Positions 27,801 through 42,890 are shown, counted from the first letter of the stretch. The stretch: DNA of 64,000 bases from Octopus vulgaris (GCA_951406725.2 OX597824.1:61814001-61878000); one strand, 5' to 3'. A program made the numbers and translations. Notes: generated from the sequence alone by a model not told the origin.

Positions 27801-28300
27801 AGTAGTAGTAGTTGTAGTAGTAGTAGTAGGTAGAAGAGATGTTGACAGTGGTAATGATTGGGGAGGTCGATTCCATGAGCTAGCGGTAGACAAAGATGTT
27901 TCTCGATACATAGTGGGAGTAGTACTAGTAGTAGTAAGCAGAGGAGATGGTGTTGACAATGATGATGATTGAGCTGCTGGGGCAGTGAAAGGAAGGGGTG
28001 GTGCTTCCTGCTGTGTGACCCTGATGAGTGGGGGGTCAATCGTTTCGTTTAGCAAATCGGCCATTGTAGATGAATCAAGGAGTGGTTCATCCTGTTGTTG
28101 TTGCCGCTGAGGTTGTTGTTGTTGTTGCCGCTGAGTTTGTTGTTGAGGTTGTTGTTGCTGTTGCCGCTGAGGTTGTAGCTGCTGAAGTTGTTGTTGCTGT
28201 AGCTGTTGTTGTTGTTGTTGCCGCTGAGTTTGTTGTTGAGGTTGTTGTTGTTGTTGTTGCGCCGGTGATGCGTTCGAAGAGAAAACACATCTCAGTTTAT
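24800..28300 (-). mobile_element. second CR1-group LINE family, internally deleted and frameshifted
   Basis: APE (LLNAQG, LTETHL, MGDLNLP, VLDL), RT (YRPISLTS, QHGFR, DFSKAFD, GVPQGTVLGP, FADD), C-terminus LEYCCPLWSP..VPDKP; the APE-RT linker is missing near 26320; short tandem CTAAGTTA tail. Confidence 0.92.
27301..28290 (-). pseudogene. LINE ORF1 remnant: Gln-rich N-terminus and two CCCH fingers
   Basis: CAA/CAG repeats at 28090-28260; CRYSLRHRLCTDRDCKFTH (27616-27672) and CRYSQRDRLCLHRDCPFTH (27457-27513). Confidence 0.65.
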
Positions 28301-28541
28301 CGAAGTGTTTATTTATTAATTTAAAAGCAGCATATATATTAATTTAAAAGCAGCATATATACATGCAAGTGTGAACTTTTATACTTGGTACATTGCTTCA
28401 TGAATTTTGTTACTATATTGCGTTAGATGCACTTACTGATAATCCAAAGCAATGTGATATACTGCTCAAAGTTGTTCTTCATGTATTTTGCACAGTGTGT
28501 GTATATGTATGTATATTTGTATATCTTATATGTATATATGT

Positions 28542-28602
<61 letters not shown>

Positions 28603-28726
28603 TATTTTGAGTATCTGTTTTACCATTTATTTTCTTGTTCTTATTGGATAGTATGGGAAGCATGTTTTTTATATATCAACATTATTATTATTATATGATA
28701 TTATTATAGCTTTGTAGTTATGTATA

Positions 28727-28858
28727 TCCTCTGACGAGGCCTTTGGTTATTTAAACAAACAAATATAATCTTTAATGTCTAAGACTATACCATAATGGCA
28801 TAGATGAGCAATTTAAGGCGGATTGCCTCTTGACCATAGGTTGAAACAGGTGTTAGGA
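28727..28858 (+). ncRNA. type I hammerhead ribozyme with long stem II insertion
   Basis: tcct-CTGACGA-ggcctttggtt..gaccataggtt-GAAA-caggtg-TT-agga; (TA)n ~170 nt downstream. Confidence 0.6.
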
Positions 28859-29154
28859 GCAGTTTATTTGTATTATTTTTATTGAATTATTAATTTGCAT
28901 ATTGATGTATATTGTTTTGTTCGATTTTCATGTTCCTATTTGTATAATTAATAAATAATATGAAATTGGAATATCCGTAAGTTGATGATCGAAATGAATT
29001 TGTTCCTCCATTTTCTTATTTGTATTATATATATATATATATATACACATATATAGGGTAGCAGATATTCTTAGAAATATCACCACTAGTGGCCTAGCAT
29101 GTATGAATAGTCAATAGACAACATATTCTCAATTTAAAATGTACACTATTTTAT

Positions 29155-29206
<52 letters not shown>

Positions 29207-31372
29207 CTAGTTTGTGTATGCATATATGTATATGTATTTTCATATATGTATAGCTATACATGAATGCATATATATTTATATATGTATAGATATACATGAA
29301 TGCATATATATATATGTATATATGTATATATAAATATAAATATAAATATAAATATAAATGAATAAATAAATAAATATATATATATTTGTATATTTATATA
29401 TTCATGTATAAATGCATATTTACAATGTTTTTTGTTTGTGCTAATCTGTATTTGCAATGAATTTTGTGTTAATTTTTATCTACAGGAGTGTTCTCCCGAA
29501 CAGAAGAGTGGATCAGTTTTGGTTCCTAACTTCGAAATTCCAATAGAGGACTAACCGTTTATGTAGGTTTTGAATTTTATGTCATGTCACCCGCCGACAG
29601 CTTTTATGGTTGCGGAGATATAATATGAGTGGTTATGATGGCTTTATAGCGGTTTTGATGCTATTTCTATTTTTTGCAACCCTCTCCGTCTGTGTTTTAT
29701 TCACAATTATACACACTTCATTTAAGAAAAACATTTTTGATTGCATGGTCTGGTCATTGATATATTAGTAAATAATTTCGAACTGTTTACGATATATCCT
29801 TCGTAGTGTATTTTTTACATTCCTTTTTAAATTTATATATATATATATATATACATATACGAAAATGCAGACAGATAGATTGATAGATAGATAGATAGAT
29901 ATATAATGTCCATCACTCTCTCTTTTCTCTCTTTCAGTCTCTTGCTTTATATATAGAGAGAAATCAAAATCATTGCCTTATAGTATGTTGGAATTTGCAG
30001 TGTTCATAAAATATTTGTTTAGTTAACCATTTGGCAGAGAACCAAAGAGATCGCTGCTAGCTTGCTGTACGCTTCACATGACATGTAAATGTGAATTTTC
30101 TTAATTTTGTTTTTTACCTTTCGTTTATATCACTCATTGGAGCTGTATGAGCTATGAAGTCCGGAAATTTCTGAAACGGCAGTCTATTAGACACGCGCTA
30201 TAAGGTGTAAAACTTTGGTCATAGTAATATTTATTTAGAGCTCGCTAATGTAAATTTACCTATGGAACGACCTACACATTTATAGTTATTTACTTAATTA
30301 TATAAACACATAAAATTCATAAAATTATGAGATGAGAACCAGAGCCGGTTCTCATCTCATAACAGTTCAATGGGTCAGCACCAAAATCTTTGACTTTTTT
30401 CCATTGATTTATTGGCCAGTTAGCTCCTGTTTAAAATATTGATGTGATTTAAAATCGAAGATATAGATAACAAATGAAATTAAATAGCCCAAGAACAAAC
30501 TTAACATAAACTCACCATGAAAGACGAGGATATATCACCATTTTATATTGCCACATAAAATCAGCGGTTGGTGAGTTCTGTATATAGCGGTTAATGCAGT
30601 AAATGTCCAAACTATTCTGTCACAAAATTGTCTCATTGAGGTCTCACATAAAATCCCCAGAGACAAGCTAATGAAGTAGAAACTAAGGCATTAGATTACT
30701 TTTCCTCGAGTTGTAATTTCATATCAAGAGCAGGTATTTTTTTCGCTTGGACAGAGGATAAACTTCATATTTTGTTATGTCATTTGCTAGGATAAAACGG
30801 AGGTAGGCAGAAGATTTGTGAACGCTTACAATGATGGATCAGTGTGTCTTATCCAGCAGAAAAAAATACTTGCTTTTCAACTTTGCGATAGAAGAGAATC
30901 TCTGACTAATACTCAAAATTCTATTCCATATGATGCAAGGTTACCGCTGTAAGCATCAAAAGTCTATCCATTACGCCTTAAATAGTAAGGATGTACTTGA
31001 AGATTTATATTCTTCTTATACAGTAAAACTGAATTTGCTTGTACAATAAAATTCCAATTGATAAAAATGGCCATATATTTTAAAGAGCCTAAGCAGCGAA
31101 ATAATCTAATGCATATCATAAATTAACCATTGTTTTACACTCATACCACTCTCATCCTAGCACTAAAATATTAATATATTCACAAACATGGCAATGACAA
31201 TTGGGACCTGATCTATAATTATTCCCCCATTCGGAAAATACAGGCTACAACTCACACACGATGAGAAAATAAAACTAAAAGTTAATCGTCACTTAGTGGT
31301 CTTGGCTTACAATATGCATATATTTGAAGTTTTGCTGACGTTGCTAGAAGTTAGTTTGGAAAAAAGTATAGC

Positions 31373-31411
<39 letters not shown>

Positions 31412-33069
31412 GCTATAATCTATATCTAATCGTCATAGTAAAACATCTAACAATGTATCACATAAATTTTCAAACGCAACATCTTACTGTAATATATACT
31501 GTTTCTGAAGTTCTGGTCATTTTGTAAGAATTAGTCAATAAATAAATGAAAAACGAAAACCAGAGATATTTTTTTATCTGTGACTTTTTCATCAGTTAGA
31601 CGTCAAATTCCACAAAGTTCTGTTTATGTAAAATCTGGAAATTAATGGGAATATATAACATTTTCATATAAAGCAATCAGTTTATTTACAATATTTCCTG
31701 AAACGTTGTCGAAAAGTTTTTCGAAATGGAAGACTTCTATCTTTTAGTCAACAGAAAGCAATCATTGCGTTAACAATATATGATCTTCGGTTAGGGGGTT
31801 TAAATGGATATAAAAGATCAAATGAAAGCATTTGTTGTCATATGTTTATAATTCTTACAAGTAACGAAACTTCTATAGTATAAAAAATAGGAAGATGCCG
31901 TTTATAGGTTAGTTAATCGCTTACTCGTACTGATCTTCGAAAGCTGTTAACTGTAAAGACCGCCATATGTAAAATTCCGTTTGTTTCACAGTTCGCTAAA
32001 ATTATTGATTTACAGTCTTTATGATTAAGTTTTCGTAGATACAATTTAGTATAAAAGTATTTTCCTCTGAAAACTTTATGTAACCACATTTTTTAATGTC
32101 CTACAAAGATTAACAGATTGCTTTCGCATAAATATACCATACCGTATATTACAAAAAACAACAAAACAATAACAAGAAATAAAAAATTAAATTTTGCTTG
32201 CATGCCTTATATTTTTATATCTCAATGTTTAATAATATATTTATATCTCAATAAAAAAATAATTGAAGTGTAAAATGTAAATATTGACTTAATATAATTT
32301 TTGGATACATTAAATTTTATTGGCCAATAGAATAATTTTTATGACTATCACTTTCTTGTTCATCCAAGTAAAAATTAAAACTAAATTAGTTATTAGCAAC
32401 ATTGTTATTGAAATGAAATATTTTTCATGGATCTCAAGTGACTTTAATTTTCAATTCTTATCGCCGAAGCATCACTAAGTGTATTATTCTTTCTATAAGC
32501 CCCTGGGTGAATTTTAGTTTTATATTACAAATCGTATATATATATAATAAATTCATTATATAATGTTGCCAGTTCTTACTAGTTTAGCTCGAATGTGTTA
32601 GCTTGTCTCAACATATCGAGTTAAAATTAACTGAACAGCACAGACACAAACAACGTCATTAAATACATAATAAATGTATACACATAACCTAAGATATGAA
32701 AATCAAGAGATTTCCAACAATTGTGTACATGATATAATGTACCCAATGTTGTTTAGGCGCTTTCATTTAACTGGTCTATATTTCAGTATAATAGTAAAGT
32801 ATTTATCACTAGTTTTATCAAACTTCAGTTAGGGTATTGGAACAGCAGTTAATATAACACCATTAACTATAATAAACTGATTTCAATAGCGTAAACAAAA
32901 TCAAGATAGGAATGTGGATAAAATAAAATTAGAAGGTATTCTGATAAAGTAAATTACAATTGTAATATATTTTGCGATTTGTTATTGAGGTATTGTTGTG
33001 CTTGTATTGACAATCATGAACCTTGTTTATTATGGAGCGTGGTGTTGCTGAGAAACATATAAATTCTTG

Positions 33070-33120
<51 letters not shown>

Positions 33121-34595
33121 CGCTTATATTCATAGTTCTCTCCTTTCCATTATTCATAAACACAGTGCAAATTTGATGAAAGGAATGTGAACATCACTCA
33201 ATATGTTCGGTTTTGTAAGTTAAATCCCGCTGAACGTTAAACGAAATTAGTTTAAATGTGTCTACAGCCCTTACGAATGGTATTCTATGCTTGTTTCTTA
33301 AATATTTTTCAAATTTATGATCAAGACTGAGAATAAATCTATGGTGGACAGACATCGATTCAATTCTCGGTCACTACTCGAAAACTAGCGTAGCAGTTTT
33401 ATACAATAGAAACGCCTATTTTAGAACGTCTATATAATTACAACTATTACATTAATCTAATCTCTCATATTGTCTGTATATACCCCCTCACAAAATATTT
33501 CGACGTACCTTATATATTGTACTGATTTCAAAATTAATGGAAATATTTATTATTACCTTCTTTAATGTTTATAATGTGATTTATGCATGGCGTCTCAGCA
33601 ACACCCCACCGATTAAAAGAAACATTTTGAATTCATATGATCTATTATCTTATCTGTGAAACATACTGTTACCAGTGCAACAATCTCTTATACGCATTGA
33701 TTGCATCATAAAGATAACAATGAGATGCTGTTTGGGTAAACGACAATTATCAACAAGATATAAATTATCTAAGCTTGCTGAATTGAGCAGTCAATTAATG
33801 GTCATTCGATAGGAATTTAAGTTATATTGTGAATTCATTCAGAAAAATATTTTGTTTATACGCTAAAGCGTTTACTGAAAGTCCTCCCTGGCGAATCTCT
33901 TAAGCAGACTAACCACAGAGTTAATTATGAGGTGTTGATAGGATTTGTATTATGTAGAACTAGAATTACTAATTGGGCGTGTTGTCGTATCGAGACAGTA
34001 ATTATAAAGGCGCCATTGCCAATTCGAATGGAAGAGTAATCAGAAATTCAGTGTGTTCATTAACTATTTATAATAAACAATAAGGAAAATTAACTATTGA
34101 TTTGAATGAGGAGACGTGACACTGTGTTACTTGGTAATGAAAACGAGAAAACTCAATAGAAATTTATGATCAAGGCTACGTCATAAACGTCATTTTTGGA
34201 TAGAGCTTACAATTAAGGTGTCGACAAATTAACTTTTAGTTTCAAAACAGACAGGAAATTGACTCCTTTGTGTAATAATACTAAAGTGTTATTGATTAAA
34301 TTTGAGTACAAAACGTAGGGTACATTGCACGCAAAAAAACACGGCTGCGTTTTTATATTTAAAAGGAAAACAGTTTATCCACTCTGTGCAGTCATTGTCA
34401 ACACTATCTATAAATGTGATTTTATAAATCAAATATTATAACCATACAAGCGAGTTACTTGTTTCTGAATTTACGTTTATAAAAAATATATTTCTGTGAA
34501 AGATAAGTTTTAATAATTCATGAGTTGCGTACGCAGAACAGCAAGAACACAAACAAGACGATTTAATTATTCTTCCTCTCTCTCTCTTTCATTTC

Positions 34596-35790
<1,195 letters not shown>

Positions 35791-36949
35791 CTATTCCTGA
35801 AAGCTAGAGAATGCTAGGAGCGAGCAGCAGTGAGCAAACACGTGATATAGAACTTATCAAAGGCAAGGTGCAATCAGACTCTTTCTCACAGTCAAATGAC
35901 ATTCTAAAGAATCTATAATTTTAATCTAAAACAACGTTCCTAAAATCAATTCCCTGTAATTACCATGTGCTCTTTTCAGTTACATGATTTTTGTCCTGTT
36001 TATCTTGATTCTAGCACATGTCTGTGTCACATGAAACGTAGTTTTCACAAAACTTTTGAATATTTAAGATTAATAACGTAGGGCACCCTAAATTTGACAT
36101 GTATGCTAGTTCTGATTTAAGGATCTACCAATGTCATTTGAATAATCAGATATCAGAGAGAAGAAACCAATATCATCTGCTGATTCTAACACCTAAATTC
36201 AATTTGCACCCATACATTCGATAAATCATAATATATAAGTCGATAAGCACGCCAAGGATTCAAATGAATTATATATGCTCAAATACACTACAGTAATTGC
36301 ACAACGAAATGATGGATGTCCGATATGTAAAAGGTTAAACAAGAATTTATACATCTACTTTTCACTTGATTTTCATAATGTATTCCGTATTTTCAAAACA
36401 ATGTTGAACAATAAACACATGTGGTAAGCCTCATACATGATATTCCTTATTGAAAATCACGCGGGTTCGATTTCAGTCTCACTGTGTGAATTTGGGCAAG
36501 TTTAGTTAACTTTAGCCTCGGATTGATGAAAACATTGTGAGTAAATACAGCACATGAAAGTTGTATGAAACACACACATACACACACACACACAATACAC
36601 ACACACACAATACACACACACACACCCGTTTCTGTATCATAGTTTATGTAACTATGTGGAAGAATACTGTGGTAAATTTGTATTTCAACGATGTATTTAT
36701 ATCAAATATCATACGCAAATGGCTATGGTACGAGATACATTCCAGATGTTTTGCGACTTTTTAAGACGATGATTGTTGAAATTTTATTATATCATTACTA
36801 TGCATCTAATAAGTTGACATGCCAAGTTTTGTTATTCAAGATCGAAGGAGACAGAGGTAACTGTACTTTGAGCACATCCTTATAAACAGTGTTTGTTACG
36901 GCTGATTAGCTTCTACACGAGAGAACGGTAGAGAGAAGGTAAGAGGCGA

Positions 36950-37400
36950 TGAGAGGGAATGAAAGGGACACGTCAAACCATTAGATCGTTGAGAAAATTT
37001 AGAAATGTCTGGGCGAAGATCGTTGTTTGTCTATAAAAACAATAAACGTAGATTTTAGGGCTGCTGTGCCAACTGTACACAACATTATCCATGAAGATCT
37101 GAAAATGCACAAAGTTTGTGTAAGTTTGTTTCCAGGATGCTCAGTGACAAGCATCCTGGCAACCAAATACTTGATAGAAATGAGCATTAAAGCTGTCCTT
37201 CATCCACCCAAATATCCAGACCTTGCTCTCTGTGACATCTGGTTCTTCCTCAAGCTACAGAAAAATCTGAGGTAGTTGTTTTGAAAATGAAGGGGGCTGT
37301 GAAAAGTGTGCTGGATGCCTTCAACTTAGAAGTATTTGATTGGCCTTTCAAGAAGTGAATGGAGCGGTACAACAATTGCATTGAATTTAGAAGATCCTAA
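36950..37400 (+). pseudogene. mariner transposase remnant
   Basis: EDRCLSIKTI..TVHNIIHEDLKMHKVC and HPPKYPDLALCDIWFF (cf. mariner HPPYSPDLAPCDF); catalytic core largely deleted. Confidence 0.8.
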
Positions 37401-38226
37401 GTTCTGTTTCTACTATTAATAAATTCTCTCCAGACAATCTCAAATCTTCTAAACTGCACTGTGTATTCTAACAATGCTTCTATTGCTTATAAAGGATATG
37501 CACGAGCGTCTGTATGTGTGTGTGAGCGTTTGTGTGTGTGTTTGTGTGTGCATGTAAAAACATGCGTATGTAGGCGTAACACAGAAGAATGGATAAGAAA
37601 TTCGCTTCGCAACCACGAAGGCCCAGTTTCGATCCCATCTTGGACCTCCTTTTCTATCCTCCAACACACATACACACACAAACTTCGAATAATACTTCTT
37701 AGCTACTATTTATTCATAATCTCTAACGTAGTTGAGCATATGCATCTCATTTATATATTTTTGATCCTTTAAATATGTGAGAGATATGTTATATCATGTT
37801 ATCGACCTCTCAGTTACGCATTCTCTTAATATTTATTTGCAAAATCTGTATTCAATAAATAATGAAATATTTGAAACTCCAATGTTTTAACCTCCTAATT
37901 CTGTTATTCTCTACGCATTCTTACATATTTTCACATATATCTTTCTTTATATTATTTTGTTTATATCATTTGGTTTATATCTATATATCATATATGTGAG
38001 TGAGTATATACCTGTATATTTTATACGTGTGTAGGTGTATATCTCTATATTTTATACAAATATAAATGTAGGGTCATGCATATGTACGTATACGCGTATA
38101 TGTGTGTATGCATGCACACTCATGCGCGTGTAAACGTGTGTGTACGTTTATACATGGGTATGTGTATGTGTGTATATATGTGTGTACGTGTTTATATCTA
38201 GAGATATATAAATGTGTGTAGGTGTG

Positions 38227-38286
<60 letters not shown>

Positions 38287-38923
38287 CGTAAGTTCGTGTA
38301 TATGTTTGTGCGTGTATGTTTTCATGTGTATGTGTGTATGTGTTGGTGTATGGAAAGGTGACGACAGTTTTATGACTTTCTGTTGCCCTGATGTCTGTTT
38401 TATTTAATCTCACTTTACTGAAAAGATTTCTTCCCTGTTTTAAGGATGTTAAAAGCATATTTTGGCTACAGCATGTCTGTTCTTTTTTGGAAGTGCAGCC
38501 TCAAAAGAATTTAATGCTGTTGAATCCCAGGAATTGACAACGAATGTGTGACACAAAGCTGTAAATTGATCCATAACATCTCAGAATGCAAGTACAGCGA
38601 CTAGACTTGAATGTGTGTACAAGCCTTCTTACAAACCGGTGCACTTTCTTATATAGGCAGTCAGTTTACCATAACTAAGACGCTAACCATAAAGTAAATC
38701 GATAAATATATATACAAATAAACGCTTAACCACTTTCACTTTATACAAAATCCACGCCATACACATAAATAAACGCGCGTGCACCTACATATACAAGATC
38801 CTAGCACACAATTATAGACTCCACACGACGCTACACAGGTGCGGATGCGCACATACACGCACTCAGTCACGCACATACACGCTCACACTCGCTCGCTCAT
38901 TCTCGCCCTCTCTCTCTCTCTCT

Positions 38924-38970
<47 letters not shown>

Positions 38971-39269
38971 TCTCAATGACATCCCGACTTGTATAATTTT
39001 AAGATTAGTCATCTATAGAAAGACATCCTCAAGGTAATTCTGTAGTCGAGAGGGAATTTAATTGATGACGTCGAAAATGACGAAAGGTTTGAGGAAATAA
39101 GGTGATTGATTGACCGAACATCAAACATTCGATTAAGTTCATTTGATAAATGGTCAACTAGTTGACGAATAATGTTGAAGGTCGGGAAGTATAGCGATTG
39201 TTTGTGTCTATTATTCGCATATACATATCATATAATGAAATAAAATATAATGTAATATAATCTAGTATA

Positions 39270-39422
<153 letters not shown>

Positions 39423-39622
39423 TAGTTGAATGAATTATCTTACTATGGATAATTCGGTTAACCGATATCTGGGTAGCAAATTCACGTCAGAAAAACACGG
39501 TTGAAGCTACATGCCTAGGGCAGAGATCACGTGCTATCGTGTGGAAATTTGTGTGTTTTTTTTAATACAAATAAATGAAAGAATGGAGTTGAACGACGAA
39601 TTAACAAAATTCCTTTATTTTA

Positions 39623-39705
39623 TTTTCGACATATGTTTCGAAGGCTGCATATTCCTAATTTCGAAGGAATAAGGGGTGCATTATGCCGCCTTCTCATCAG
39701 GAAAA
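39623..39705 (-). ncRNA. type I hammerhead ribozyme
   Basis: Reverse complement: ttttc-CTGATGA-gaaggc..gccttc-GAAA-catatg-TC-gaaaa. Confidence 0.85.
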
Positions 39706-39784
39706 GTAAGGAACTTATGTCAGCATCAAGATGCACAAAAATCTTTAGATGCCTGCCCACACGGAGCTGACATAAGTTCCTTAC

Positions 39785-39867
39785 TTTTCCTGATGAGAAG
39801 GCGACATAATGCACCCCTTATTCCTTTGAAATTAGGAATATGCAGCCTTCGAAACATATGTCGAAAA
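39785..39867 (+). ncRNA. type I hammerhead ribozyme
   Basis: ttttc-CTGATGA-gaaggc..gccttc-GAAA-catatg-TC-gaaaa; GUC site, palindromic stem III. Confidence 0.85.
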
Positions 39868-39915
39868 TAAAATAAAGGAATTTTGTTAATTCGTCGTTCA
39901 ACTCCATTCTTTCAT

Positions 39916-39998
<83 letters not shown>

Positions 39999-39999
<1 letters not shown>

Positions 40000-40860
40000 T
40001 TATCAATAACAATAAAGGGTGAAATTAATTAATTTGGAATAATTATTAATTACACCAAGTAGATTTCGGCATGTAAAAGCCTCATTCGAGGAAAATTTAA
40101 GTAATACTAAGCAATTAAGGGTTTAGCAACGAATTGCCTCACCACACACCGAATTTAGAAATAGCAGTCAAAGAGTTATAGCTATTCTTTCTACTAAAAG
40201 GGAGATCTCAGTAAAAACACAGCACTTGAAAGGCAAACACAGACAGGTAAGAGAGAATGAAATGACGGCAATCTATCATACAATTTTAAGTCACCTACGG
40301 ACGTACGTTTCGAAATCAAGTTTTAGGAAAGCATAAGAATTAGAAAATTCTACCTTACCCAAACTTCTTTTCTCATCAGCGTAGGATACTACAATTATGA
40401 ATAATTGTATATTAAATTCTGAGATACTAGAAGGCATCATCTCAACTCAGTGTCAGAGCGAGCCAAAGCATTACCAGTACCACGAAATTCAAAGTGTGAA
40501 TGAAAGTTTGTGTCACCAGCCCCTTTCCACCCGCGTGTAGCCAAGACAAGATGCTGTGGTCATTTACTGGGATAAAATATGGTTATCAGTAACAATAAAG
40601 GGTGAAATTAATTAATTTGGAATAATTATTAATTTCACCAAGTAGATTTCGGCATGTAAAAGCCTCATTCGAGGAAAATTTAAGTAATACTAAGCAATTA
40701 AGGGTTTAGCAACGAATTGCCTCACCACATACCGAATTTAGAAATAGCAGTCAAAGAGTTATAGCTATTCTTTCTACTAAAAGGGAGATCTCAGTAAAAA
40801 CACAGCACTTGAAAGGCAAACACAGACAGGTAAGAGAGAATGAAATGACGGCAATCTATC
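39999..40860. repeat. 279-bp direct repeat (39999-40277 / 40582-40860), partial tandem pseudo-LTR
   Basis: Near-identical copies; an HHR lies in the spacer. Confidence 0.9.
40294..40385 (-). ncRNA. type I hammerhead ribozyme
   Basis: Reverse complement: cctacg-CTGATGA-gaaa..tttc-GAAA-cgtacg-TC-cgtagg. Confidence 0.85.
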
Positions 40861-41199
40861 GTGAGTGGACAAACGAAAGAAGAGCACTCAACATTTATTG
40901 GGGGTTACACGTATGGATCAAAGCAGCTTGGTTCAAATTCGTCGGTACTCCGAGAGTTTCAAGCGTGATACTAATCTTCAGCCACTTTGAATTTGATTGA
41001 AAGGACTTGATTGTCATTACTGTAAGGTGGGCTACACATGCAGGCACGCACACACGCACAAACATGCGGATTCATTCATATGTACAATGCATGGTCTGGT
41101 AATCTTGGGAATTGGTATTTGGCGGTCCTGTTCATAGGGTTTATTGAGTACGGTGACCTTGGTGCAGGGGTTGCAGAGTAGCAGCTGGTACTAAGGAGG

Positions 41200-41900
41200 T
41201 GTATCCAGGTTGTCGGCAATCAGAGGCTTGAAATTCGCCAGAGGGGCATACTGTGGGTGACAGGAATAAGATGAATCGTATTTCTTGTTGATGGATACTG
41301 CGGGTTGTTAGAGTATATGCAGTTTTTCAGGGAAGCAGAGCTGGCAGTTGTGAGTGTCGGGTGAATATGGTGGGGCTCTGTCGACAATAGTCCACTCGAT
41401 GCTGGATGTTTCGTCTCGGTGGTCACGGAGACTCCAAACAAAACGAGAGTGGGAAGGAGAGTTCTCTCTGTCCCTGGATCTGAACTTGTGCATATGCTGA
41501 GAGTATTTTCCCTTGATGTCATTGGGTGACACACCGGTATAGTGCCTACTAACGCCGTCTGATGGTGAAAGGGTGTATCTGTCTACTAGAGCCCTTGAGA
41601 GGCAAGATCCTTTAGAGGGCCGGTTGGGGTTGGGGTGGTGCGGGAGCATTTTTACGTCTGTTGATGCGTGCGATATTGGATGCGTGCGATGTTGATGCGT
41701 GCGATGTTGTCTAATATATTATGGAAGTGTTTATTTCGTAAATGTTCTTTGCTTTGTCTGCGAGGATGTGTATGTTGGGTGATTACTTAATGCTGATCAT
41801 ATAGTCATTTAGGGATTTAAGGAAGGGTTTAGAATCATGCCTAGACCTCACCTTCTTTACAACGTTCCATAGGTCAGACTCGAAGCTCTCAAGGTCTTTC
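41200..41900 (-). pseudogene. internally deleted PLE ORF: pre-RT N-terminal segment joined to degenerate GIY-YIG
   Basis: ~41730-41898 translates DLESFESDLWNVVKKV..HILADKAKNIYEI; 41308-41649 gives CLSRALV..HYTG..HKFR..FVWSL..CQLCFPEK, resembling 19057-19557. Confidence 0.7.
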
Positions 41901-42038
41901 ATATGCGAGATTTGACACTAACATGTATGTGTGCATGTATGAATGCATGACTTGTATATATGAATAAATACGCATGTGTGGATAGTGTATGTGTGCGTCC
42001 ATGTGTATACAGGTGTGTGTATGCGCGCATGTCTGTTC

Positions 42039-42087
<49 letters not shown>

Positions 42088-42466
42088 CGTGTGCATGTGC
42101 GCTCCCATATGCAGATGCACACGCGAGCATCAATACAGACATGCACGCAAAACCATATGAGCACGTCCACGCACCCATATATACAATTATGTACTTGCGC
42201 ATACCGACACTTTCTACCTCCCCTCCAGCAATTTTACTGATTTCCTGTCCACCATGCGGTGTTTTTCAACTAACGGTCGTCACTGATATACGGTTAAATC
42301 ACCATCAAACCACGATATTACATGACATTCCGCGACCAATCGCAGTCCACCTTACTGAAATAACAATCAACTTCTGTCATTCATATTCAAAATGACCGAA
42401 GATTGGCATCACGCTCGAAACTCTCGTAGTGCCAAAAAACTTGAGTCAAACTGGTTTGATTAATTA

Positions 42467-42573
<107 letters not shown>

Positions 42574-42806
42574 CATACATATATATATATATATATTTAT
42601 TGAAATGGATAAATGAATTATCTTGTTAAGGATTATTCAAAATTTAACTGATACCTGGGTAGCAAAAATCACAACAGAAAAAACACGGTTGGAGTTACGA
42701 CCTTGGGGTGTCGCAACCGTGCCTTAGCGCGGATAATTGAAGTTTAATATATTTAGTGAAGGGAAGAAATGGAGTGAACGAAGATTCTACAGAATTCCTT
42801 TTATTA

Positions 42807-42890
42807 TTTTCTACACATGTTTCAAAGGCTGCAAATTTCCAAATTCGGACTGAATAAGGAGACCATTTTGCAGCTTTCTCTTCAGGAAAA
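42807..42890 (-). ncRNA. type I hammerhead ribozyme
   Basis: Reverse complement: ttttc-CTGAAGA-gaaagctgcaaa..tttgcagccttt-GAAA-catgtg-TA-gaaaa; diverged relative of the 39.6-kb family. Confidence 0.8.

Larger units (their letters stand above)
39571..39919. repeat. 154-bp inverted repeat (39571-39724 / 39766-39919) of an HHR-bearing pseudo-LTR
   Basis: Arms are near-exact reverse complements; the left copy continues to (TA)n at ~39420 and the right ends in (TATC)n. Confidence 0.92.

Noticed and set aside
28049-28324. Poly-Asn, poly-Thr and poly-Val ORFs
   Set aside because: Alternative frames of the CAA/CAG tract in the LINE 5' region
29491-29550. HHR-like ttctc-CCGAACA-gaag..cttc-GAAA-ttccaa-TA-gagga
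   Set aside because: Stems fit but the core has uncompensated changes; probable decayed HHR, not counted
39999-40860. Direct repeats as true LTRs or a CRISPR-like array
   Set aside because: No TG..CA ends, PBS, gag/pol or repeat-spacer periodicity; better explained as PLE pseudo-LTRs
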